A stretch of 64,000 bases of DNA from Haliotis rufescens. Lineage: Eukaryota. The DNA lies in NCBI RefSeq assembly GCF_023055435.1, contig NW_025963813.1, positions 26,970,001 through 27,034,000 on the forward strand, in the 5' to 3' direction. A program made the position numbers and the translations under genes. Shown here piece by piece: positions 50,652 to 62,668 of this stretch (within the stretch, counting starts at the first letter, position 1; the number at the start of each line of letters is the position of its first letter). Under the pieces are notes generated by a model, which saw only the letters and a program-made list of their open reading frames with translations, was not told the origin of the DNA and did no database searches.

Positions 50652-50906
50652 AGTTCCGGGGTGGAATAGGTCTTCAGCAACCAATACTTGCCGTAAAAGG
50701 CGACTATGCTTGTCGTAAGAGGCGACTAACGGGATCGGGTGGTCAGGCTCGCTGACTTGGTTGATGCATGTCATCGTATCCCAATTGCGTGGATCGATGC
50801 TCATGATATCAATCACTGGATTGTCTGGTTCAGACTCAATTATTTACAGACCTCCGTCATATAGCTGGAATATTGGTGGGTGCGGCGTTAAACAACAAAC
50901 AAACAA
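50652..50906 (+). mobile_element. Retroposon family B
   Basis: Near full-length match. Confidence 0.92.
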
Positions 50907-50954
50907 TGTTGGTGAAGGATATGAAGCGGGGGTTTCATCCAGTTACACCACGTG

Positions 50955-51087
50955 GTCGGGTAGCCGAGTGGTTAAAGTGTTCGCTCGTCAAGTCGAAGGC
51001 TAGGGAAAATATGTGAAGCTCATTTCTGGTGTCCCCCGCCGTCATATTGCTGGAATATTGCTAAAAGCAGCTTAAAACCATTCTCAC
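50955..51087 (+). mobile_element. SINE family C (internal deletion)
   Basis: A box, body and tail. Confidence 0.82.
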
Positions 51088-52049
51088 AGAGTTACATAGA
51101 TAGTAAGTGAGTATTGTTTATTACCGCTTTGAGCAGTATCTGTGTTGAAAGTTTAATGTTAAAGAAAAGGCCTAAGTGGTGCATGTCGTAGGCATTTATC
51201 TCTTTGGTGAGCACTGCAAAAAGCACTGTACAGGGGACTTCACACTCCAACGACCATATAAAGACTCAAAACTGAGATATAAGAACACACGACCATTCTG
51301 AGCATTGAATATATGTTAAGTGAAATGAGGTCTTCGTTCCAAACACGCTTTAACGTTGACAAACTCGAGTGAATGAATATGATTTTAGGCCGCTTTAACA
51401 GTATTCCAAACATTGATGGCGGGGAACACGTGGGCCTTTGGCTTTACGATTTTAACTTTAACCACAAGGTCATCCCATCACTTATTTGATGAGGTTGTCT
51501 ACCTGACAACGTCAAGTGAGTGAATATTGCTTTACGTCGCACCAAGCAAAGTTATATCCATTTGTGGATTAATGAACAGTTGTGTTGCTGCCGGAATTTG
51601 TATCTTTCTTGACAATTCTCCTTTCAACGTATCATGTTGTGGGGCTTTCATTTTTAAGTATCTGCTACCCTGTGGTTCAGCCTCTGATCTGTAGCAATGT
51701 ATGGAAAGTACGTACTGTAACCAAACACCTCAGAAAAGAGGTATTACGCTCTCCTCTCCTGCAGCCAGCAACTCCATACAACCAGTGTTTATTCGTGTTT
51801 CCCGGTCTATCAGGTAACGCCTCATGTGTGTAACGAGATTCCTAGTGATCTGCTTTCTACTGACCATTAAGTGTTAGCTTGCAGTCGACCAGCAAATATA
51901 GAAATTGTTGTTCTATTGACCAGTGAAACTGATAACCTGTCGCCAGGAGATTTACTATTGACCAGCGCATCTGTTGACTTTCATGTATGGCTATTGACAC
52001 GGGTTTTAGTATTGACCAGAACATCAGCTGTGTTGAACCATCTGTCAAC

Positions 52050-52220
52050 CTGTCGGCATGGAAAGGTTGCTAGTATTGTGGAAAATCGTATCTGTTAACT
52101 TGTAGGCATTGAAAGGGGTTTTACTATTGTGGACAAGCGTATCTGTAAACCTGAAGGCATGGGAAGGGTTTAACTATTGAGGGACAGCGTATCTGTATAC
52201 CTGAAGGCAAGGTGGAAAGG
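52050..52220. repeat. Degenerate tandem repeat, about 50-bp unit, 3-4 copies
   Basis: TATTG...CGTATCTGT..ACCTGAAGGCA recurring at about 50-bp spacing. Confidence 0.7.
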
Positions 52221-52324
52221 TAAATAATGAAGCGACGGCAGATGTTCAGCTTCATAGTTTGTATTTTAGATCCAGTTAAAAAAGTACAGGGGGGGGGGGG
52301 GGGGGATCGTCGCTTCATCGTCCA

Positions 52325-52600
52325 ATGCGATTTGATGCGATGCACGATGTTGCGATGCGATGTAAGATGTTGCCAGTATGCGAAGCGATGCGGTGCGGTG
52401 CGGTGCGGTGCGGTGCGGTGCGGTGCGGTGCAAGATGTTGCGATGCGAGGAATAATGATACGATGCGATGCGATGCGATGCGCGATGTTGCTCTCTGATG
52501 TTGCGATGCGATGGACGGGATTGCGATGCAAGGGATGATGTTGCTATGCGATGCACGATGCTGCTATGCGATGCACGATGTTGTTATGCAAATTTGCGAT
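52325..52600. repeat. (GCGAT)n/(GCGGT)n pentanucleotide repeat
   Basis: Visible 5-bp periodicity. Confidence 0.93.
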
Positions 52601-52719
52601 GGTAGTCTGAAATCCAGACTCCCTGACCTTTTGAAGAAACATGCATTTAAGTCCCGAAGTTTATTATAACAAAACGTATGTACATGTATATACATACAAC
52701 ATTATATCCCATGTCAGAG

Positions 52720-53995
52720 CCCACCTGGGCTTCCATACTACACTGCTGTACAAAACCGATCTGATAGTGGACCGTCTGGCATCATCGTAACATCGCCTTA
52801 TAGGATGACCCAGATGGGTCTCCCTACTACACTAACCCGTGAAGATTCCGGGGTAGAATAGGTCTTCAGCAACCCATACTTGCCGTAAAAGGTGACTATG
52901 CTTGTCGTAAAAGGCGGCTAACGGGATCGGGTGGTCAGGCTCGCTGACTTGGTTGATGCATGTCATCGATCTCAAGTGCGTGGATCGATGATCATGATAT
53001 TAATCACTGGATTGTCTGGTCCAGACTCGATTATTTACAGACCGCCGTCATATAGCTGGAATATTGCTGAGTGTGGCGTTAAACAACAAACCAACCAACC
53101 AACCAACCAACCCTACTACACTGCTGTGCAAAAACGATCTGTAAGTGAACAGTTTGGCATCACAGGACGGCCAACCTCGGCCTCCATAGTCCACTGCTGC
53201 ATCATATCCATCTGGTTGTGGACAATCTGGCAACCTCGTAACACCACCTTGTAGGATGACCCACCTGGGCCTCCATCGTACACTGCAGTATCCATATGGA
53301 AGTGGACATTCTGGCATCACAAGATGGTCCACCTCGGCCTCCATAATACGCTGCTGAGCAAAATCGATCTGGGGGTGGGCAGTCTGACGTCACAGGATGG
53401 CCCACCTGGGCCTCCATAGTACATTGCAGTGTGCATCTGGAAGTGGACAATCTGGCATCACAAGATGGCCCACCTCGGCCTCCATAGTACACTGCAGTAT
53501 GCATCTGGTAGTGGACATTCTGGCATCACAAGATGGCCCACCTCGGCCTCCATAATACGCTGCTCTGCAAAATCGATCTGGAGGTGGGCAGTCTGACGTC
53601 ACAGGATGGCCCACCTGGGCCTCCATAGTACATTGCAGTGTGCATCTGGAAGTGGACAATCTGGCATCACAAGATGGCCCACCTCGGCCTCCATAGTACA
53701 CTGCAGTATGCATCTGGTAGTGGACATTCTGGCATCACAAGATGGCCCACCTCGGCCTCCATAGAACACTCTGTGCAAAATCGATCTGGAAGTGGGCAGT
53801 TTGGCGTCACAGGATGGCGCACCTCGGCCTCCATAGAACACTGCAGTATGCATCTGGTAGTGGACATTCTGGCATCACAAGATGGCCCACCTCGGCCTCA
53901 ATAGAACACTGTAGGTATACATCTGGAAGTGGACCGTCTGACGTCACAGGATGGCCCACCTCGGCCTCCATACTACACTGTTGTACACATCTGGT
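52720..53995. repeat. Minisatellite, 68/73-bp units with a 209-bp higher-order trimer, interrupted by a family B copy
   Basis: CCCACCTCGGCCTCCATA-type unit starts at 53401, 53469, 53537 and 53610. Confidence 0.95.
52834..53110 (+). mobile_element. Retroposon family B, full length, 12-bp TSD
   Basis: TSD CCCTACTACACT at 52822-52833 and 53111-53122. Confidence 0.94.
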
Positions 53996-53999
53996 CTGT

Positions 54000-55231
54000 C
54001 AACATCCTGTCCAATAAAGTTAAGTGCGTTAAACCACGAAGTGGAAACACTTTATTTGCCAATGGTGATTATTGAATCAATAATACCTCACATGATTACG
54101 GTATTCGGTAATAACATCAACAGTTTAAATCATAAGTCCCAAGCACGAGAATCTGAAGGCACACAAGTTCAGTAGCGTGTGTGGCCACCATGTGCGTTGA
54201 CAACTGCCACACAAGGCCTCCGCATGATGCTTGTGAACACATGATTGGGAAGACGACGCCATTGTTGCTGCAAAATGGTGCCAAGATCTTGCAAATTCTG
54301 GGGTTGGTTCTAGAGAGTGCGCAGACTTCTGCCAAGAGCATCCCAGGCGTGTTCGATGGGACTAAGGTCGGGAGACCTTGACGGCCAGTCCATTACGTTG
54401 ACTCCCGCATTCTGAAGGAAATTCCTTGTCAAAATTGCTGTGTGGGATCTGGCATCGTCCTGTTGGAAGATCAAACCGGGTCCATGTGCTGCCATAAAAG
54501 GCAGAAGTTCTGGTGCCAGTACCTGGTCGCGGTAAGCAGCAGCGTTGAGGTTGCCACGGATGACAAGAAGCCTGGAACGTGCATTGCCACAGAAAGCACC
54601 CCACACCATGTCACTTCCGCCTCGAAATCTGTAAACTTCCTGTACACAACACTGGGCGTAACGTTCATGACGGCGCCTCCACACCCTCGCCCTACCCTCA
54701 GCAAATCGAAGATGAAATCGGGATTCATCACTGAAGACGACTTGATTCCAATTCCTCTGAGTCCATCGTAAGTGTCGCTATGCCCACAATTGACGTTGAC
54801 GTCTGTATAATTGAGTCAGAATCGGCCCGCAGTATGGCCGTCGTGCTTGAAGGTGAGCAGTTCTCAGACGGTTTCGAACAGTTTGCGCACTCAGTCTACC
54901 CCTAAACAGTTCATTTCTGGTTGATGTAACCGTCAAAAATCGGTTACGGAGGTGACGTAAGACAATCTGACGATCCTCTGCATGTGACGTCACACGTGGT
55001 CGACCTGGCCGAGGGCGATCAGCGGTGGTACCCGTTTGCTGTAGACGCGTCTGTAAATCATAAACAGTCTGTCGACTACAACCCATCGTCCTTGCGACTT
55101 CAGCTACGGACGTTCCCGTCTGCAACATGCCGATGGCACGTTCACGTTGCACATTTGAAAGGCGTGGCATGACAAATGGCCGTAAAAATGTTAAAATTTA
55201 GGATTGTGAAGTTTCTAATTTGGTTCAGTAT
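54000..55231 (-). mobile_element. Tc1/mariner element
   Basis: Transposase plus 5' terminus TATACTGAACCAAATTAGAAAC on the minus strand; matching 3' TIR not seen. Confidence 0.85.
54169..55170 (-). pseudogene. Tc1-family DD34E transposase pseudogene
   Basis: MPRLS..RAIGML, GRPRVT, FSDESRF, VWG, QQDDAR..H, WPSRSPDLSPIEHAW (34-aa D-E spacing) and GGHTRY*; has stops and frameshifts. Confidence 0.95.
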
Positions 55232-56006
55232 ATTTTTTAGGCTGCTTCTAAACACTCAGTCGTGTGATTAATGACAGTTCAGTCTCAATCTGTGATGTGC
55301 ACTCTTCAAATTCAGTGATAGTTCTTATAATAATACTGATTTAGTTGAAACAAGTCGGACGTGACTTTAACTCAGGGAAACATCATGGTACATTACTTAT
55401 CACCAGCACCATAAACAAAGGCTCTTCATTTAGCGTTACGTCAGGCGGGACAATTATTGAACTAAATCTTTGATGAGCCTACACAAGTTAACCCAGCGGT
55501 ATGGCGGGATTCAAGCACTGGCTTCGTATCCACCGGCCCATAATTTCACAAATGTACTGGCAAATACATTTTTAGGAAAACTCTTTAAAGTAGGTGTATT
55601 CCAGTAGAGTTTTCTTCTTCTTCTTTTTAAATATAACATTAACGCCAGACAATAACCAGTCTCGATTATCCGCTGAAACAGATTACATTGGGCATTAAAG
55701 GTAAAACAGCGATTCAAGTTATATAAATGGATCACTTAAAACCAGTGATGACACCAGTTGTTCGCGAAAAGGGAAAGCATGGCCTATGCTACCGCTAACA
55801 CCAAACACTCACACAATTTGCTTAAGGAAAGTAAGGTGAAGTAAGACGAACAAATTCCATAAAGAAACAAACATGTAAAGAATATCCAAATATTTTACGT
55901 GCGCTTTACAAGTTAACAGGCAGTGTGCACATTGATGGGCGTCGCACGAGAGTGAATGAACATAGTTAAACGTCGTAGTAAGCAGTCTTCAAGATATGTC
56001 ACACCT

Positions 56007-56165
56007 GTGAGTAAGAATGTTTTTACGCCACTGAGCAATATTCCAGCAATATCACGTCGGCGGACACCAGAAATGGACTTCATACATTGTTCCCATGTGG
56101 GGAATCGAATCCGGGGCTTGGAGTGACAACCGACTGCTTTAACCGCTAGCTACCCTACCGTCCTA
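56007..56165 (-). mobile_element. SINE family C
   Basis: Reverse-complement copy. Confidence 0.85.
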
Positions 56166-56429
56166 ACGGCTACCTGTAAATAGCCATGCCGACATCGGTC
56201 GATACAAGGAATGATCAACGATATCAGGGTACGGCTCAGTCAGCCAGGTGAAGGAGATAGCTGGCCAGCATGATCGGGGTGTTCGTCCGAGGAATCTACC
56301 AGTAATACCAAACATTCAGCAGTGAGTGATACGTGTGTGAAAGTTGTAATATGGAGTCTATGTTTTCCTGCACAGAATGCCACAGATTTGTTCCGGCGGC
56401 TTGAAATCCATCCATGTCCTTAGTCACTG

Positions 56430-56696
56430 GACCCGTGAAGATCCGGGGAAGACAAAGTCTTCAGCAACCCATGCTTGCCATATATATGAGGCGACTATGC
56501 TTGTCGTAAGAGGCGACTAACGAGATCGGCTGGTCACGTCGCTGACTTAATTGGTTGATGCATGTCATCAATCCCAACTGCGAGGATCGATGTTCATGAT
56601 GTCAATCACTGGATTGTCTAATCCAGACTCGATTATCTACAGACCACTGTCACATGGCTGGAATATTGGTGAGTGTGGCGTTAAACAACAAACAAA
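56430..56696 (+). mobile_element. Retroposon family B, full length, 12-bp TSD
   Basis: TSD CCTTAGTCACTG at 56418-56429 and 56697-56708. Confidence 0.94.
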
Positions 56697-56839
56697 CCTT
56701 AGTCACTGATCGATAGTGATCCTCAACATGGAGTCAATGATCGATAGTGATCGATACAGTACTTGCGCTGCTGTCCTTTTTCTTCATCGGCTTGAAGAAT
56801 GTAATACTGATGCTTAGGGGAAATGGACTTTTACAAATA

Positions 56840-57672
56840 TTACATTCCTCCTTGTCTCGTGGAGCGTTGAATTTGCCGGATGTTGCGGTGTTCAGTGGGC
56901 GTGGTCACCCGTGGTCTCCCGCTTCTACACCTGTCTGTTGTCTTTCTGTGGGGTACGCTATGTCTGGCCTGTCTGTTGTCTTTCTGTGGGGTACGCTATG
57001 TCTGGCCTGTCTGTTGTCTTTCTGTGGGGTACGCTATGTCTGGCCTGTCTGTTGTCTTTCTGTGGGGTACGCTATGTCTGGCCTGTCTGTTGTCTTTCTG
57101 TTGGGTACGCTATGTCTGGCCTGTCTGTTGTCTTTCTGTGGGGTACGCTATGTCTGGCCTGTCTGTTGTCTTTCTGTGGGGTACGCTATGTCTGGCCTGT
57201 CTGTTGTCTTTCTGTGGGGTACGCTATGTCTGGCCTGCCTGTTGTCTTTCTGTGGGGTACGCTATGTCTGGCCTGTCTGTTGTAAACGTTGCATCAATAA
57301 GGTAATAGTGACACGGGTGCATTGAAACTTTCTTGCAATGGCGGCGTGCGTTGCTCCTTGTTGCGCCATACCAACGGCTCTATCTGTATAGCGGTTAAAC
57401 GTGGCATGTTTTCTTGGTACTTTTGGGTGATGTGTTCATAATGTGCCGTGTCATCAGCTTGAAACAGAACTTTTGCAAGTGTATTTCGTTCTACTCAGCC
57501 CAAAGTCGTTTGGGCAAAATACACGTTTTTCACACAAAAAAAATAATTTTTTCTGCATTTTGTCACCGAATTCATTTGGTTGGATTTGAGTCTTAATTTA
57601 TATGGATTTTTTTGAGTTATCAAAATAGTAGAAACGTTTCAGTTGGTAAACTTTCTATTTGACATAAGTTTA
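56840..57672 (-). mobile_element. Second Tc1 relic (5' end and N-terminal HTH region)
   Basis: From ATG 57407: MPRLT..DRAVGMAQQGATHAAIARKFQCTRVTITLLMQRLQQTG [array] TTDRCRSGRPRVTTPTEHRNIR. Confidence 0.85.
56930..57283. repeat. Minisatellite, 38-bp unit CCTGTCTGTTGTCTTTCTGTGGGGTACGCTATGTCTGG, about 9 copies
   Basis: Near-perfect tandem copies. Confidence 0.98.
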
Positions 57673-58039
57673 TTTGTTGTAAACTGAAAGTGATTTTAGA
57701 ACTGGTTCGAATTTGCGTTTTATATTTTATGACTTGAAATAGGTCGATGGTAAGAAAGTGTTTTGTTTGCAATATGACTTTATGGTGACGGTTTCTTTTA
57801 TATCTGTATGTGCTTTCTTCTTCAGATCCTTTTCCACAATGTGTTTAAATTTCGGTTTGGGGGTTCCGCTTTGTCTCAAATAGTCGATCATACATATGTT
57901 TAAATTGTCAAATATTTGTATTTTGAAAAGGTATTCTACAATAAAGATCCTTTTCATAACTTTTCCCGCCCGACCGCTCGCCCCTCTGCTAAAACCTTGG
58001 AGATGAAAAACACAAAAAGAAGTATTTAAAAGACGCCCT

Positions 58040-58350
58040 TACGCCGTGCACAAACGATGGTAGCTCTACCACCAAACCGATGTACCGTGAACCGGAAGTA
58101 AGACGAGGGCACATGACTGGGTTTGTTTGTCAGACGCGAGCAGCCATGTCAACCTTCTTTCAAGATACAAACATAACTATGACAGTCTTTCAGTGGTGTA
58201 ACCATACAACCCTTTGTTACAAATAGTCACCATTAGAACTCACAGATCATTCCGGGTTTGGATATGGCTCGGAAAAGAGGGCATCAGGTATATTTCACAA
58301 AGAAGATCATGTCGCTTTGCTCGCAACTAACTCGACAAAATGGCGTCCTC
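58040..58350 (+). promoter_or_regulatory. Candidate promoter of the + strand gene
   Basis: CpG-enriched; ETS site ACCGGAAGT at about 58091 and YY1-type AAAATGGCG at about 58337. Confidence 0.5.
58264..58287 (+). CDS. Exon 1 (MARKRGHQ) of an uncharacterised gene
   Basis: GATATGG start and CAG|GTATAT donor; phase 0 matches exon 2. Confidence 0.55.
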
Positions 58351-58458
58351 CATTCATTGGCATTCCCATGTTGATGTTTTAACCTAACAGCCAACATTTA
58401 TTCCAGCCAAATAATTTCAGTTTAATTTTCTATGTATATTTAAAGATTAACTGTTTGA

Positions 58459-58620
58459 GTGAGTGAGTATGGTTTGACGTTGCTTTTAGCAATATTCCAG
58501 CAATATCACGGTGGGGGACACCAGAAATGGGCTTCACACATTGTGCCCATGTCGGGAATCGAAACTGGGACTTCGGCTTGACGAGCGAACACTTTAACCA
58601 CTAGGCTACCCGACTGCCCC
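58459..58620 (-). mobile_element. SINE family C, full length, 12-bp TSD (intronic)
   Basis: TSD TTAACTGTTTGA at 58447-58458 and 58621-58632. Confidence 0.92.
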
Positions 58621-58999
58621 TTAACTGTTTGAACATGATAAGAATAAAAAAGGCATAAAATTTTGTGATATTGTGTAAGAGACCGGTCATTTATAATCGG
58701 TGTGGGTAGGAGGGAATTGGGGAATAAGCTGACACATCGTGACATCACTGGAATATAAACCCAGCTCACTCACTCATGAAGCAAGCAAATAAAAAGTATA
58801 TTTTAGAAAAAAAAAAAAAAAATTTTTACCCTCATGTTAACTGAAACACAAGTATTCTTTTATTGGCCCTTGTTATGATATGTTAGAAGACTGTTTTTTA
58901 ATTTGAATGCCAGGAAGAAAAACTGTACACATAATTGATCATGTGGTCTGTCTATGAATCGTCTATGATAAGCTGGTGTATTTTGTGATGATGTTCCAG

Positions 59000-59097
59000 G
59001 AGACTGGTAGTAAACATGCCCTGCAGCCACCGGACAGAGGCAGGAAACGGCAGAAGCAAGACATCCAAGATGGCCACCAGGGAACTCTGCAGAGCGG
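59000..59097 (+). CDS. Exon 2 (ETGSKHALQPPDRGRKRQKQDIQDGHQGTLQSG)
   Basis: GTTCCAG acceptor and GG|GTTAGT donor (alternative donor after 59121, same phase 2); NLS-like RKRQK. Confidence 0.65.
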
Positions 59098-59199
59098 GTT
59101 AGTGTCTGGAAAAGATGGCAGGTTTTGTTTCTTTAAAAACATTGGGAAGCATAGGTGTGCTAAGTTCAATAGGATGCTGAGTAAATCCTTCTTTTTTTC

Positions 59200-59345
59200 T
59201 GAGGGGTAGCCTAGTGGTTAAAGCGTTTGCTCGTCACGCCGAAGACCCAGGTTCAATCCTCCAGATGGTTACAATGTGTGAAGCCCATTTCTCTGTGTCC
59301 CCTTCCATGATATTGCTGCAATATTGCTAAAAGCGTAATCACTTA
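59200..59345 (+). mobile_element. SINE family C (intronic)
   Basis: A box, B box and tail. Confidence 0.85.
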
Positions 59346-59864
59346 CTCTCTTTCTGTGGAGCACTTGTTGGCCTAGCGGGGAGAAGGGGGCATTTTAGAA
59401 AGAGGCCAAGGCAACAAATGCAATATTTCTTGAAATATTCCAGACAGTGCTGCTACATTTGCTGGTCCATAGTGATAGCAGAGCTGTCTGTCATCGGGTT
59501 GTTCATCTACTCTTTTTGTCTCACTCACCATGCTTACATTCAGAATCACAACGTGTGGCTCTCGGGAAGTTATGACTCAATTCCCTCATTGCTCTCTGTT
59601 TTGGAAATAAGTTTAGAATTATTTTTTAAGTGTCTTATAACCATGATAACCCTTGCTGTCTCTATTATTTTATCAATTATTTGACATGTTGTTTGATGAC
59701 TTTACTCAAGTACTGCAAACGGCCCATCTACTTCTATCCTTTGAAACAAAACTCTAAGTCGTAAATTGTTTACTGCATTCTGCAAGAGTGATGAAGGTGT
59801 CTGACAATGGATTGGAGAGAAGAGCTTCATAACCTACCATACATGCCATATGCACATCAATCAG

Positions 59865-60055
59865 GTGTGACCTGTAACAGGATCGGGTGGTCAGACCCGC
59901 TGACTTGGTTGCTGCATGTCATTAATCCTAATTCCTTGGATCGATGCTCATGATGTCAATCACTGGATTGTCTGGTCCAGACTCAATTATTAACAGACCG
60001 CTGTCATACAGCTGGAATATTGCTGAGTGCAGCATTAAACAACAAACCAAAACCA
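59865..60055 (+). mobile_element. Retroposon family B, 5'-truncated (intronic)
   Basis: Body and tail match. Confidence 0.88.
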
Positions 60056-60774
60056 AAATCAATCATATGTTTTGTTTGTCGTACAAATTTTCTTTAAAAT
60101 TGTAAACCACCCATTCAACTGCTGAGTGTTCCTGTTTACCAGAAATTACCATTTTTTTACCAGTAAAATTAGGCTTGGACCGGAAATTCATGTGACTGCC
60201 GGTCCCTGTGACTGGCAAATAGAGTACCTTATAAATCTTTGTTGTTGAACAAAACATCGGCGATATTCTTATTCGTTATATTTCGAACAAAGTCGGCTTG
60301 TCTGTTACCATTAAGGTTTCCTGTTGTCTATTTTTTGTGCAAGGAAATTATATTTTGCTTTTCTTTGAGGTTAAATATATATTTGTCTTGAAATGTTTTT
60401 AAAAAAGAGAGAAAATTTTGACTGAACTTTGTGTGAATGTTGTATAGATCTAAGTTACTTCAGAGGTGAAATGAACATGATGTTGAAAGAATTAAAAGCT
60501 GGTAAATTTCATACGCTCTTTATTTGTTTAAAGTTGGGACTGACAAAAATTAGGGGAGGGCTGGTAATTTTTAGAGTATATGCGACAACAGTTATTAGCT
60601 TTGTTCTTTTGTTTACAATGAATTGTGACTGTAGTCAACTGTGTGTTCATGTTAGTTGTTGTCACTCTGTGTTATGGTTATCGAATATTAGAAGCAAATT
60701 GCATACTGTCAGAGCAGGCTAAGTAATATAGAATATTCAAATTCTTGAAAGTTTATGTTACATATTATCATGTA

Positions 60775-60939
60775 CACTCGAACCCTGTTATCTCGAACCA
60801 AGCAGGACCCGTGTTGTACCGTAACTTTGAGAGATACTCGGTCATTTGAGATAACGAGACATGAACATTATATAGTGAAGCGGTCGAGACCAGAGAAAAG
60901 GTTCGAGGTACTGGGGTTCCAGATAACGAGGCTCGGCTG
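60775..60939. mobile_element. pogo/Tigger-like MITE with TA TSD
   Basis: TA-CACTCGAACCCTGTTATCTCGAAC ... GATAACGAGGCTCGGCTG-TA. Confidence 0.8.
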
Positions 60940-61056
60940 TATCAGCATGATAATGAAAGCTTAGAAAAGGAACATTTGTCCAGTGTGAAGAAGAGTCACC
61001 TTGACATTGATTCCATTACTTGTTTTGATGACACAGATATTTAACACTGGTTACAG

Positions 61057-62668
61057 GAAGAGCAGAGATTCACAAAAGCTGGAGACAAGCGCTGGTTCAA
61101 GAACACGATCTACACAGAGCAATGAGAAAACAGCCTCCGTCAGTAGCCCTAGAACCAGATCTTCCATCTGTGAGAAAACAAAGCCTGTTTCTAGCCCTAA
61201 AGATAGATCATCCCATCACAGTGTGCGGAAGTCAGACAAGTTGTCAAGCTTACCAACTTCTGGTATCCAGAAAGAATTCTTACCCACATCTAAGAAGTCT
61301 CCAGGTGGTACAGAGACAGAAGTTAATCAAGGAAAAACGTCTTTTGGTTTCCAGGAAGAATTATTGTCCAAATCTAAAGAGTCTCCAGTTAGTACTGAGA
61401 CAGAAATTAATGAAAGGGCAACTTCTGGTATCCAGGAAGAATTATTGTCCAAATCTAAAGAGTCTCCAGTTAGTACTGAGACAGAAATTAATCAAAGAGC
61501 ACACATTGAACAGAAGCAAGAAGATGGAAAATGCCAGGAATCAAATTATGCAAAATTAACTCCTCAAAAGAAATGCAGAAGGAAATCTTCACAGAGTGTT
61601 GGTGAACAAATACCAGGTTCTATGTCTGGACAAAGCAAAGTAGCTGAACCTGAAGATGAGGACACCTGGCAAAGGAAACCAAATATATCTGATCAATCTG
61701 ACAATCAGGTTGTTGAATCTGCTGATACATTTTCTCTGACCTTGACCCCTGACCAAGGTCGAAGGTTTTCAGGTCGTGTAAGGAAACTGACTCAAAAGGC
61801 TGCCGAAGCCCGAGTGACATTCAAGCCCAAATTCCGCAGCAAAGCTGCAAGTCCCAAAACACAACTCTCAAAGCCTGGGACACAACGAGAGAATGTAATC
61901 GAATTGTCAACAGCTCCTGTGAAACAAGTCACCACGGAAGTAGAGATTATCTGTGCTGACACAGTTTTAAATAAGGACCAAGAGGAGGGTGGAACTGGCA
62001 GTTCAGTTCACATGGGATCAGGGCCAACAAGTAACGATAACATCGCTAATGTTCAACTTTCGGCAGTCCAAACTGATTCATGTGTGTCTCCGTCTGGTGA
62101 AGTTGAAGAGACAGTTTTCAGCAGTGGTGCTGAACCTGCTCTTGGAAACAGTGACTCTTGTCCTAGCTCTCAATCCAGTACTTTTCCATCACATGAAACT
62201 CATAATACGATTTCTGTTCTCTACGAATCGGATAATGTTCTTTCTAACAATCATTCCACTTGCCGTTGTTCCAGTTATCAGAACACCGATGAAGAAATAC
62301 CAGAGAGTGAAAGCAGTTGCCATGGAGACTCTGGTGACCATGGCGATCATCTCTATAATGCCAGTTTACACAAAACCTTGCAACATTCAGTCTTATCCAT
62401 GTCCAAACCTCTTGACCATAACAGTGTTTCTATGGTAACGGATAGGGGTGTTCAAGCCTCTTTGTTAAAAGACTCTTGTAACCGGGTCAGTACAGGTATT
62501 CAGGTCGACTGTAGTTATACGTTGCCATGCCGACAGGCTCAGTTGGACAGCGACACGCATGATGATGAAGACCCAACAGCAAACCCCCAGCAGTCGTCTC
62601 CCTTCTCCACAGGTCTTCCCAATGTAAATCTCGCTTCTCTTCTTGCCTTACCAGAGGCTGGAGAAAAG
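61057..62668 (+). CDS. Exon 3 (about 1.6 kb), Ser/Thr/Glu/Lys-rich low-complexity region of an uncharacterised, probably nuclear protein
   Basis: Within a 567-codon non-repetitive ORF; TTACAG acceptor in phase 2 fits exon 2; AAG|GTTTGG donor; the gene presumably continues beyond the window. Confidence 0.8.

Noticed and set aside
56747-57325. Hydrophobic membrane-protein-like ORFs
   Set aside because: Antisense translation of the 38-bp array inside a Tc1 relic.
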